A DNA stretch of 64,000 nucleotides from Macrostomum lignano (Eukaryota). The stretch spans positions 868,001 to 932,000 of the forward strand of contig NIVC01000013.1 of assembly GCA_002269645.1 (NCBI GenBank), written 5' to 3'. The notes beneath the pieces were generated by a model. The model did not search any database. It was not told where the DNA came from and was given only the letters and a program-made list of their open reading frames with translations. Shown here in pieces: positions 49,079 to 59,749 of the stretch. The position numbers were made by a program, and so were the translations under genes. Position 1 is the stretch's first letter. Every line of letters starts with the position of its first letter.

Positions 49079-50845
49079 GGTGTAAGACCAAGATGGCCAC
49101 ACACCAAGATGGCCACAGCTGGGGTGGGGGTCACGGAAAATGACAACTGGTTTACTATTAGATAGCTTCGGGTGGGGAGATGTGGGGTTGCAATGGGGGG
49201 GGGTTCAGACAGGCAGTCAAAATTTTATTAGCATATTGCAGGGCTAAAGACAAAAATGGTTACGAGTCTTAATTTCCTACTTATAGTAGGGCCCTAAGAG
49301 GTATAAACGTATTTTGCATTAAACAAATCTCTTCTTCATATAAAATCTGGTGTAGCTTTTTTCCATTTCTCTTATTGGTCGAGACTAATTTAGGCCCTAC
49401 TTGTTTAAAGGGATAAAAACTGGGTAAATTTCATGCCCTGTTCAAAATTCATCTGTCTCATTCACTGATAGCAGTCTAAGCACTTAGATACAAAATGGCA
49501 GGCGCATATCCATGTGTGGTCTGTCTGCAGCCAGTTTGCGATGGACAAGAAGCAATTGAGTGTTCTCAATGCTTGAATTGGCAGCACCGTGCATGTGATA
49601 GTCGTGTCACAATCGATCAGTATTCTGCAATGAGAAATGTCGGTGAGTTTTTCTGGCTTTGCAATCAATGCAATAGACGGGCTCCTGCAGGTAACTTAGC
49701 AGTGTCTCAAGCTGCAGATGCTGCAGTGGTACATGTACAAGCCCTGAATTCTGGACCAGCGGTTGTTCCTCTGCCTGCTGAAAATCCAGAACCAGTGCAT
49801 TTGATTCCGGCACAAGCAGAAAATTTTCTTTACCAGTATTCAGATTTCAATGACCCTGATCCAGCTCTGGAAGAATCCATTCAAATTCCTCCAGCAGAGC
49901 TTGCACCGCCCCGCAGCCCACCTCCCCAGCCCTTTGAGATTCTTACAGGTGCAGGATGCAGTCACGGAAAAGACCTTCTAGTGCAATATGCCCAACAAGA
50001 CCTTGGCCATCTGATGGATGCAAAAACGCGGCGAAATGGCAACACGTACTATCGCTGCACTAAGCGTTTATCACTGCACTGTCATGGCTCCGCAGTCCGC
50101 CATGCTGATGGAACCATAGAAGCCCTTGCTCCGCACACGTGCGATCCAGTTGATCGGCCAGCTCAGAAGAGAAAGGCAGCAAAGGAGGTAAAGTAGGGAG
50201 CAAAGGGCATGTTGTTTCATGTCATCTATCCATGCCACTCGTACCTTATTGCCATTTCAGATCATAACGAGTTAAAAAAGCCAAAAAATCCGCACTTACT
50301 TAGTTGCTGCACCCAATATAGCCCTGGAGCATATTTAAGAATCACCGTGCACATTTCTTGCTAGATATTACAGACGAGAGATTAGAGACGAGAGGGCAGA
50401 GATGACAGAGAAAAGATAAAAGACGAGAGTGCAGAGATGAGAGAAAAGATGAGAGACAAGAGGGCACTCCAATTTTTGCTTACTTCTATCATAACTAATA
50501 CCTTTACCCTCTACCTTTAACTTTTAACATATACAAAAAACACGTCAGTTTTAGTATATCGAGATAGGTTTGAAACTATTATCCATGATACAAAAATCAA
50601 ATGTCTTGTGCTAGTAGTGCTACTAGCTTTAGTAGGTAGTAATACCTGCTGTAAAGGGAAGTGTTTTTTGTTTTACTTAGTCTAATTTCACCAACGAAAT
50701 CTGTTTTCTCCGAGACTTGAAGCTATGTCATACCCCACCCCAATCATAGCCAATAGGAAATGAGGAAATATATAGACCTATTCCTATCCAAGCAGCCATT
50801 CAGAGCTGTGGCCATCTTGGTATGTGGCCATCTTGGTCATGCGCC
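49079..50845 (+). mobile_element. 1767-bp internally deleted Mutator-like element carrying a PHD + FLYWCH-like ORF
   Basis: Ends GGTGTAAGACCAAGATGGCCAC... and ...GTGGCCATCTTGGTCATGCGCC; 8-bp TSD GTTAGTGT / ATTAGTGT. Confidence 0.82.
49495..50196 (+). CDS. Transposon-encoded N-terminal exon: Pygopus-type PHD finger, Pro-rich linker, FLYWCH/WRKY-like zinc finger
   Basis: C4HC3 PHD (YPCVVC...AIECSQCLNWQHRAC...WLCNQC); YYRCTKRLSLHCHGS...HTC finger; possible donor GAG|gtaaag at 50188. No DDE domain follows. Confidence 0.75.
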   Translation: MAGAYPCVVCLQPVCDGQEAIECSQCLNWQHRACDSRVTIDQYSAMRNVGEFFWLCNQCNRRAPAGNLAVSQAADAAVVHVQALNSGPAVVPLPAENPEPVHLIPAQAENFLYQYSDFNDPDPALEESIQIPPAELAPPRSPPPQPFEILTGAGCSHGKDLLVQYAQQDLGHLMDAKTRRNGNTYYRCTKRLSLHCHGSAVRHADGTIEALAPHTCDPVDRPAQKRKAAKEVK

Positions 50846-52229
50846 ATTAGTGTTACCATAAAATAGGCCTAGGTAGGCTAGGCCTAAGCCAAAAATTTCT
50901 AGCTAGGCTTAGGTAAGAGTATGCCTAGCTCTATTAACACCTTTACTCTATTACCTATTTAATATTTGAGCTTTTATTATTTTAATGTGACTTGATAAAT
51001 ACCAAATATAAATAATAACATAGACAAACTTCAACTTGCAGTTGTAGCTAGGCCTCCTATCTTTTTAGAATGGTTTATTAAACTATTTTGGCTACCCTAG
51101 GCCATGGGCTAGATTTTTATAGGCCTAGGCCTAGACTATTAATTTAATATTCATTCAAAGTTGTTTTGAAATTATAATTATTTGTTTATTATTAAGGGCT
51201 TATAAAGTTATTATTTAATTTACAAAATATTTATTTTGTACAAATTTTTTAGTTCTATAGCTTAATAGGCCTAGTCTAAAAGTTTATGGTTAATGCTATA
51301 TAAAACCTTGTCCCTGTTTCCTTAGCTCTCAAACATATAGATCCTACTAAAGATAAGTTAGTTTATCCTATGCTAAAAAGAAAAGCTAATGATATACCCT
51401 TACTTAGAGTCTAGATTGCATATAGGATATCTAATATATAGACTAGCCTACCTAGGGGCAAAATACACTCTCAAGTCTCTAAGCCTACTACAATATTATT
51501 TTAATTTTGACTATGATAACATATTTAGACTATTTGCATTGGATATTTCTTTAAATATTATATAGCTATAGGCCTAAAAGCATAATATGGTTAGTATATT
51601 TTCCTGTTATTTTTTATATTTTAAGTAACTTGGAGTAGACCAGTATAGCATAGTGGTAAAGGATAGCTAGGTTTTTGTAGTAAGTTAAACAGTTGTATTT
51701 TTGAAATAAAAACTTCTTTTTTAACTTACTTTTGTATTAGTAGGCTATTATTAGCAAGCTATTTTATCAAACTTGCAATTTTTAAAAAATTAAAATTAAT
51801 AATTGTTGCTATTATAACTAGGATTTTAGAATTGATTTAAATTTAATGCCTTTTACTTTAAGGTCTTTTAGTCTTACAAGTTGCACTTAGTATTTTTTAT
51901 AGATAATTGCAATTTTCCAATCTTAAATATATATATATAATATACATATATTTAATTAAGCTAAAGGTAAGTGATATAAGTGGCTATATTTACAAATAGA
52001 ATTTTAGGAGTATTGTTTTATGAAAGATAATTCTTTAAGGACTAAATTGTATAAAAGTGTAGATTTGTTTAATTGTCATTATAATAATGATAGGCTAGTA
52101 TAATTTTTTGTTAATTAATACTAACAGTTAGAGTTATATTTTATGCAATTTATTTCCTTTGCAGCTTGATTCCAAAACTAACTTGTGTTCCTTGATCAGC
52201 AATAAATAATTTAATATCTGATTAATAAA

Positions 52230-52313
52230 ATGATTGAGCATGTTATCATCGATAAGAATGCATTTAGTCCGCAGTTGTTATTGCCTGGACAATTTGGATT
52301 GGTGATTGGACAG
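52230..52313 (+). CDS. odr4: ODR-4 homolog, exon 1
   Basis: MIEHVIID...GLVIGQ|gtaaac resembles the ODR4 N-terminus (GLLIGQ). Confidence 0.8.
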
Positions 52314-52403
52314 GTAAACAATTTGTTCTCAAATGCATCAATATAGTTGTATAATAATTATTTGAAATTTAATTTTATCCTTCAATCATTTCTGTACATT
52401 CAG

Positions 52404-52577
52404 TATGACTCAGACACTGTCATCAGGGTACTATTGCACTGTGCAGCACCTGATAGAGCAGCTGGCGATGCCTCTGCCAGCCCACAGAAGCAGGATAAAT
52501 TTGCTGCTAAGCAACAACAACAGACAGCTGGTTTGCCCCTGCTTGATAGTGAGTGGATTGGACGGCATGCTGAGAAT
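52404..52577 (+). CDS. odr4: ODR-4 homolog, exon 2
   Basis: ttcag|TAT ... DSEWIGRHAEN|gtaagt. Confidence 0.85.
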
Positions 52578-52714
52578 GTAAGTATGTTAAATAAAATAAA
52601 TGTTAAATATTGCCTAGATATTTAACATTTTATGGTTAACTTTTGGTTGAATTGCATAGTTTTTAATTGTGGTTAATATTACCTTGCATTAAATCTCCTA
52701 AAGCATTGTAGAGA

Positions 52715-53515
52715 TAGTCATAGATCACTTTGCCCAGAATTTGTAGAGATTGTCATAGATTTTGCCCAGAATTTGTAGAGATTATCATAGATTTTGCCCA
52801 GAATTTGTAGAGATTGTCATAGATTTTGCCCAGAATTTGTAGAGATTGTCATAGATTTTGCCCAGAATTTGTAGAGATTATCATAGATCACTTTGCCCAG
52901 AATTTGTAGAGATTGTCATAGATTTTGCCCAGAATTTGTAGAGATTGTCATAGATTTTGCCCAGAATTTGTAGAGATTGTCATAGATTTTGCCCAGAATT
53001 TGTAGAGATTATCATAGATCACTTTGCCAAAAATTTGTAGAGATTATCATAGATCACTTTGCCCAGAATTTGTAGAGATAGTCATAGATCACTTTGCCCA
53101 GAATTTGTAGAGATTGTCATAGATTTTGCCCAGAATTTGTAGAGATTATCATAGATTTTGCCCAGAATTTGTAGAGATTGTCATAGATTTTGCCCAGAAT
53201 TTGTAGAGATTGTCATAGATTTTGCCCAGAATTTGTAGAGATTATCATAGATCACTTTGCCCAGAATTTGTAGAGATTGTCATAGATTTTGCCCAGAATT
53301 TGTAGAGATTGTCATAGATTTTGCCCAGAATTTGTAGAGATTGTCATAGATTTTGCCCAGAATTTGTAGAGATTATCATAGATCACTTTGCCAAAAATTT
53401 GTAGAGATTATCATAGATCACTTTGCCAAAAATTTGTAGAGATTATCATAGATCACTTTGCCCAGAATTTGTAGAGATTATCATAGATTTTGCCTAGAAT
53501 TTGTAGAGATTATCA
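52715..53515. repeat. 32/35-bp minisatellite (GCCCAGAATTTGTAGAGATTGTCATAGATTTT) in odr4 intron 2
   Basis: Direct periodicity, about 24 copies. Confidence 0.95.
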
Positions 53516-53612
53516 TTAGATAAGTTTGCCTAGAATTTGGAAACTTTTGACCCAGTAAATGCAACGCGTAATTTAGTCAGAAGTGACAATAAAAAGCTGA
53601 CTATTTTTACAG

Positions 53613-53711
53613 GTGTCCAGGTCCCTGCCAGGAGGTCTGGACATTGTTGGCCTATTTTTGTGCAGTCAGAAAGCTTCGGCTAGCGACGAACAAGTGGCTC
53701 AGTTGAAAAAT
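53613..53711 (+). CDS. odr4: ODR-4 homolog, exon 3
   Basis: tttacag|VSRSLPGGLDIVGLF...|gtaagt; the LPGG motif is characteristic of ODR4. Confidence 0.88.
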
Positions 53712-53797
53712 GTAAGTTATTGAACGCTGTCGAGGGTACATATTATTGTAATCAATTGTCTAATATACTCATTACTAAATATTTTAATCTCTTCCAG

Positions 53798-53898
53798 GGA
53801 TTAGGCCGAGTTCACGAGTTTATTGGCACATCAAAATTGACTAAGGATAAAATCTGTTCACAGAAAATTATTCTTCTAGTCGGCTCTGATGCTAATGA
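53798..53898 (+). CDS. odr4: ODR-4 homolog, exon 4
   Basis: cttccag|GGA ... AAT GA|gtaagt (phase 2). Confidence 0.8.
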
Positions 53899-54029
53899 GT
53901 AAGTACATGACTGTTTGTGGAAAACACAGACCTTTTTGTAAATAGTTGGTTTCAAGGTTCAGTGAGGTTATTACTGACTTTCTATCCAATCTTAGGTTAT
54001 TTTGACTGCCTCATTTCTCCATTAGTTTA

Positions 54030-54450
54030 TTTCTACCAATCGTAGTTCACCTGGGTGACGTCATTTCTGCATTGATTTCCTACAACCAATCGTAGCTCAC
54101 CTTAGTGACGTCATTTCTAGCATTGATTTCCTCTAACCAATCGTAGCTCGTCTTAGTGACGTCATTTCTGCATTGATTTCCTCTAACCAATCGTAGCTCG
54201 TCTTAGTGACGTCATTTCTGCATTGATTTCCTCTAACCAATCGTAGCTCGTCTTAGTGACGCCATTTCTGCATTGATTTCCTCTAACCAATCGTAGCTTG
54301 TCTTAGTGACGTCATTTCTAGCATTGATTTCCTCTAACCAATCGTAGCTCGTCTTAGTGACGTCATTTCTGCATTGATTTCCTTCAACCAATCGTAGCTC
54401 GTCTTAGTGACGTCATTTTTTGCAATAATTTCCTCCAACCAATCATAGCT
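54030..54450. repeat. 50-bp minisatellite with CCAAT and TGACGTCA per unit, in odr4 intron 4
   Basis: Unit CTCTAACCAATCGTAGCTCGTCTTAGTGACGTCATTTCTGCATTGATTTC, 8 copies. Confidence 0.95.
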
Positions 54451-54478
54451 TATCTAGCGTTTAACCTCGAAATTTTAG

Positions 54479-54875
54479 TATCAGTTGCCTAGCAACAGAC
54501 GCGGCCAATCCAGTTGGCGGCACTAGCCGTATCAGCCGGTGCGAGCAGTCCACTAAACAGGCCTGGCTCTGCGTTACTTCGCGTTTCACTTTGAACAGCC
54601 GGTTCGCCGTCTCGGCCCAGTCTGCCGCTAACAACAATCTCACCGATCAGCTGCACAGCGCCCTGCAGCCGGCTGTGGAACGCGCTCTGGATTTCTCGCC
54701 GCTATACGAAGGAGCCGCCCTGCCTGACTCGCCTCCGTTGCCGTTCGACTGCGGCGTTGGCAGCGACTCCGCGGCCGCCTCGTTTTCTGAGCCGGTTTTT
54801 GTGGAATTGTTGCAGAAATCTGAGCAGGAAATGCCCTACGCTAAAGAGATTCCGGCTGGGTCTAAACGACTTGAG
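54479..54875 (+). CDS. odr4: ODR-4 homolog, exon 5
   Basis: ttttag|T ATC (phase 2, matches exon 4); open frame to GAG|gtcagg. Confidence 0.8.
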
Positions 54876-55231
54876 GTCAGGCCTAAATCGATTTTTTATT
54901 ATTATCTAATTAGTCACTCTTATATTATCTCAGTCTCTAGTAAGAATCACTGATTCTAATGAGAGTTACTCCACAATGTTTTATGAGTCACAACGTCTTA
55001 ATAGCTCGTAGGTCACTCCAGTGTCTAATATAAGTCGCTCCAGTGTCTGATATAAGTCACTCAAGTGTCTAACACAAGTCACTCTGTTTGTTTAATGACC
55101 TATATTCTAGTATTTAATGAGAGTCACTCTATTGTCTAGCTAGATTCACTCCAATAGCTATTGATGCAAATGAAATCCATCCGGCATAACGGCATCTTTG
55201 AAAGATCTGTACCAACCCCCATCTCCCCCAG

Positions 55232-55738
55232 GTGACCGGCTGTTTCCCGCTATTCGCCCTGATCCGCTCCGGCTCATCCGGCCTGGACGTCTCGCGTGCC
55301 CTAAAATCCGACCTAATCCGCGGCCTGGACGCCAGGCTGTACCTGGCCGCTCAGGAGCTCAGCATCTCTAGCGGCTTGTTCGTTGAAGGCAAATCGCCGG
55401 CCCTGCGTCTGCCTCGTCGCGTACTTGTGCGTCACCCGCGCTGTCCCCAGGCTGTACTCTCCGACTATTCTTTTCCCGGGGAGACGTCGCAGGATGTGCT
55501 GGACCGCTTAGCTTATTTCTTTTCAACCGATCTGTCCCCGGAAGATGTCAATTTCGGGCCGGAAGCGGAGAGCAACTCGGCCGCCTCGTCCCCGGACGAG
55601 ATGTCGGCTGACGAAGCCGAAATGATGATGGAAGGCGTTGATCGGGTGGTCAATACTAAAGTGCCGCTGTACTATGTGTTCGGACTGGCTGTGGCTTTCC
55701 TAGCCGCTCTGGTTGCCGTGCTCATCTACAAGTCTTGA
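55232..55738 (+). CDS. odr4: ODR-4 homolog, exon 6 (C-terminal TM anchor)
   Basis: ccccag|GTG; LPRRVLV, SDYSFPGE, terminal hydrophobic helix. Six exons total 1362 nt = 453 aa. Confidence 0.9.
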   Translation: MTGCFPLFALIRSGSSGLDVSRALKSDLIRGLDARLYLAAQELSISSGLFVEGKSPALRLPRRVLVRHPRCPQAVLSDYSFPGETSQDVLDRLAYFFSTDLSPEDVNFGPEAESNSAASSPDEMSADEAEMMMEGVDRVVNTKVPLYYVFGLAVAFLAALVAVLIYKS

Positions 55739-55904
55739 TCAATGCGGCTTCCTTGTTTCAAGTCTAAACTAATTGATTCTTTTTTAATATCCTTAATTTT
55801 GCTCCGTTGATGGTTAGTTAGTTTATATATAATTTGGAAATTCTACGTTTAAGTACACGGAGTACTATTCATTTCTGAATCTTAAAGTACAGCAAGTGCG
55901 TGTG

Positions 55905-56235
55905 TAATAGCATCTGATAATACAGCAAGTAATGTATGTAATACAGTAATAGCATCCTAAAGTGCAGCAAGTACCCTATGATCATCCTAAAGTGCAGAAT
56001 ATTCCCTATGATCATCCTAAAGTGCAGAATATTCCCTATGATCACCCTTAAATACAGCAAGTACCCTATGATCATCCTAAAGTACAGGGTGTACTCTTAT
56101 GATCATCCTAAAGTACAGAAAGTACCCTATGATCATCCTAAAGTACAGGATGTACTCTATGATCATCCTAAAGTACAGAAAGTACCCTATGATCATCCTA
56201 AAGTACAGGATGTACTCTATGATCATCCTAAAGTT
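55905..56235. repeat. 30-bp minisatellite (ATGATCATCCTAAAGTACAGAAAGTACCCT)
   Basis: Direct periodicity, about 11 copies. Confidence 0.92.
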
Positions 56236-57077
56236 CCAGATTCCAGACTTCCAGATTAAACGCATAAAATTCAGTATCAAAACCCGTAATAAAATTAGTA
56301 AAAATGTACACCCAAGAAAGTGTAGATATGTACATTTTTTGCACTCTTCGCTGTAAGTTAACCTTGGCACACAAAAACAATAACAATAATTAAAATATTT
56401 TCAGAAGTAATTTTCTGGCCTGTGCAATATAATATCTAACATAATTTATTGTTAGTTCCGTAAATCTAGAATAGAATGTTATGCGCGTTTTATAAAAAAA
56501 CTTCCAGCTTGTAGTATTGTGTGTGTAATGGTTTTAATTTTGTCTGCTAAAATTTCGCCTTAAATCTTTCAGTGCGCTACTAAAAGTAACATATTTTTGT
56601 TTTATTTTCCTAATTTTGTCAACTTCACCTAAGCCTGTCAACGATTTCTTATTTAAAATTCACGCTACTACTATTAATTGATAATTGCGCCTAGCAAGTA
56701 GTATAATACGTGCATGATGACTATTATTATATACATATCTAAGTCTCTTCAGTTTTTAAAAAAATCATTAATATTACTATTGAATTCTCATCATTTTCAG
56801 TGTCTGAAGCTTATTGTAATAATGGCTGCATGAAATTATTAATAGATGTTTTATTTCAAATATCACTATATATACATATATAAAATGTGCTTGTACAGTG
56901 CTACCTATCTAACCCATGCTACCTTGCATTCGTATGTTATATACAAATGGTGCACCTGTGTTATTCCTGCGCGCATTAACCTGCATATTAAGTTTAATTC
57001 ATTATGGTCATTGTTATTTATAAACTATTTATTCTAAACAGGACTTCTTCCTATGTTTTCAGCTCCCGTCCCGAGAC

Positions 57078-57806
57078 TAATCATTGTAGGGTTTTTGAGA
57101 GTGACATTGTGTGTGGGTTTTGAGGTTCTGAGAGTGACATTGTTGGGTTTTGAGGTTCTGAGAGTGAAATTGTAGGGTTTTGAGGTTCTGAGAGTGACAT
57201 TGTAGGGTTTTGAGGTTCTGAGAGTGACATTGTAGGGTTTTGAGGTTCTGAGAGTGACATTGTAGGGTTTTGAGGTTCTGAGAGTGACATTGTAGGGTTT
57301 TGAGGTTCTGAGAGTGGCATTGTAGGGTTTTGAGGTTCTGAGAGTGACATTGTAGGGTTTTGAGGTTCTGAGAGTGACATTGTAGGGTTTTGAGGTTCTG
57401 AGAGTGACATTGTAGGGTTTTGAGGTTCTGAGAGTGACATTGTAGGGTTTTGAGGTTCTGAGAGTGGCATTGTAGGGTTTTGAGGTTCTGAGAGTGACAT
57501 TGTAGGGTTTTGAGGTTCTGAGAGTGACATTGTAGGGTTTTGAGGTTCTGAGAGTGGCATTGTAGGGTTTTGAGGTTCTGAGAGTGACATTGTAGGGTTT
57601 TGAGGTTCTGAGAGTGACATTGTAGGGTTTTGAGGCTCTGAGAGTGGCATTGTAGGGTTTTGAGGTTCTGAGAGTGACATTGTAGGGTTTTAAGGTTCTG
57701 CGAGTGGCATTGTAGGGTTTTGAGGTTCTGAGAGTGACATTGTAGGGTTTTGAGGTTCTGAGAGTGACATTGTAGGTTTTGAGGTTCTGAGAGTGACATT
57801 GTAGGG
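57078..57806. repeat. 30-bp minisatellite (TGAGGTTCTGAGAGTGACATTGTAGGGTTT), about 24 highly homogeneous copies
   Basis: Direct periodicity; explains ORFs at 57077-57799. Confidence 0.97.
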
Positions 57807-58599
57807 TAGGGTTTCAGACTTTTAAGAATTTAACGCGCTTTTAGATTTAAAAGTCACTGGCACCCACCATTATTTATTCATATTTTCTAGTTTTAATTTC
57901 CGATTCTATCAGCTCACACATTTGCTGTTATTTATTATAGATTTGTAATAAATTAATTTGTATTTATTCTGTCTGTCTGGTGTTGCTGCAGTTTGTTGTG
58001 CTGCTTAATGCTATTATTATGCTATAATGTGCGTAATTGTACTCAGTCTAACTCAATTAGATACCTTTTGTTTCCTGTAACTTCTCGCAAATCGGCCAAC
58101 TAAGTTATAGTGTATTATGTACTCTAATTTTATTAATTGATTTTTTCATTTTCCGTCTGTCCACGTTTCCAAGCTGTGGTTTTGTCTGTGGTAGCATTGG
58201 GTTATCTGCTTTATGCTTCTTTATTTATTTATTTATTGAAACTTTGTAATTACAGTATAGGGAGTAAAGGTAATGTATAATATCTATCCATTGTAAATTT
58301 CTTCTCTGTATCAAATAATAATCTTTATATACAAGTGTACTACTGCTATAATAAATTTAATAGTACTAATGTCAGATTTTTTCGCGTCAAATGCAATACG
58401 GATTTATCCAGGCTTATTACTGTAATTCTGTGAAAAAACAATTAAAACAAATGACTATAAGACTATGTGTTTAGAATGAGCTCTGTGTGTTGCAGAATTT
58501 TCTGCGGATTGTGTTTTAAATCGATAGGAGTGTCTAAAAACATTATAGCCGCAATTCCTTGCGCAATTATGCATGTGTTTTATTGTAGGATTTGAAAAT

Positions 58600-59175
58600 T
58601 GAAAATTAAATTGTCACCAGGAAGGCGTCGCAGCGGTGTCGCGCAGGGAGATCCGGTGGTGCCGGTGTCCGCATCGCCCGGTAGCCTTTAGTTAGCGGAC
58701 GAGCTGGTAGAGATTCTCGGGCCTGTCCGATGAAAACGGTACCTAAGGCCAAGAAGCGTTTCAGAGTCACTTGCGGGTGATATAGATAAAAAAATAAATA
58801 AGTCGCCAAAAAGTTTGAAAAATTTGAGGCGTGCCATAGTCGCTTTAAAGTCTTTTTACGATCCTACAACTGACGTGACGCGCTCGTGTCGCCTTTTCGT
58901 TGCATTAGACGCGTTTTTGAGTCGTAAACAAGTCGCAAGAATCGCCCACCCCAAAGCAACAAACTTTTTTTGCGATTTTGGTTAACGGTATCGTTTTCAA
59001 TGGGCTGAAAATGTCGTATAGAGCTCCGCGGGTTTGGGCCGAGGTAGGTGAGCCTGTCCTGCGTAAAGGCGGGGCATTCACAGATGAAGTGCTCCGCATT
59101 CTCGACACCCGGAGAGGCAGGAAGGGCATTCCTTGCTGCGGATTTTCCCCTGGGGGTGACAATGCCTGGCAAAAC
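58600..59175 (-). mobile_element. Non-LTR retrotransposon 3' fragment interrupted by a nested MITE-like insertion (about 58727-59003)
   Basis: ENAEHFICECPAF knuckle and TACCGGGCGA...GGACACCGGCACCACCGGATCTCCCTGC shared with 40290-40640. The insert is absent from that copy and has degenerate TIRs CCGATGAAAACGGTACC / CCATTGAAAACGATACC. Confidence 0.7.
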
Positions 59176-59388
59176 AGCCATACAGTCGGGGCCGTTAGCC
59201 CACCTCTCCCTGTGCTTAGATCACACAGTAAACGACAGTCCGCGGAAACTTTTGCAACACCCCTCGTATGTGTGTGTGGCGTTATTTTTTTTCTGCTGGC
59301 AAAGTTCGAATTTTATTGCCACGATTTAGAGTTGTTTATTTTATTTGCCTTTCGAATTTTACTCGCCACACTCGCCATATTCTACTTC

Positions 59389-59673
59389 ATGCTACTGGAT
59401 TCTTCAGTAGGTACGGATAGCGGCGGCGATGGCGGTAGGCGCCGCCAATGCCGGCCAAAGTCTTGGCTGATGCGGATTGGCCACGCCACTCTGTGCTGCT
59501 GTGTACTGGCTGCTCTGCTAGTGAAGTCCACATCCAGGCTGCATGTTAATTTGTTCTTTCATCGGGACATTGTCCAGGGAGTGGCATTTCTGCTGCTGTT
59601 TGCCGTCACTCTCTGTCTGTACTTTGCTACTAGTCTGATTGATCCCGGTTACGTTACTAAGGACATGTTGCCT
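59389..59673 (+). CDS. ZDHHC12: DHHC palmitoyltransferase (ZDHHC12-like), exon 1
   Basis: MRIGHATL...YFATSLIDPGYV resembles ZDHHC12 (VRTGHTVL...YLAVSLMDPGYV); donor CCT|gtgagt. Start ATG is inferred. Confidence 0.8.
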
Positions 59674-59749
59674 GTGAGTTGGCGCCTATGCGGTTCCAGA
59701 TCTCCAATTATTAGATTAGAGACGTACATCTCTGATTCCCATATTAGAT

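Noticed and set aside
57077-57799. 240-aa and 199-aa repetitive ORFs
   Set aside because: 30-bp minisatellite translation without splice or domain support.
58978-59388. 5' part of the 291-aa ORF
   Set aside because: Antisense LINE remnant and UTR fused in frame with ZDHHC exon 1 and an intronic repeat; real coding likely starts at 59389.
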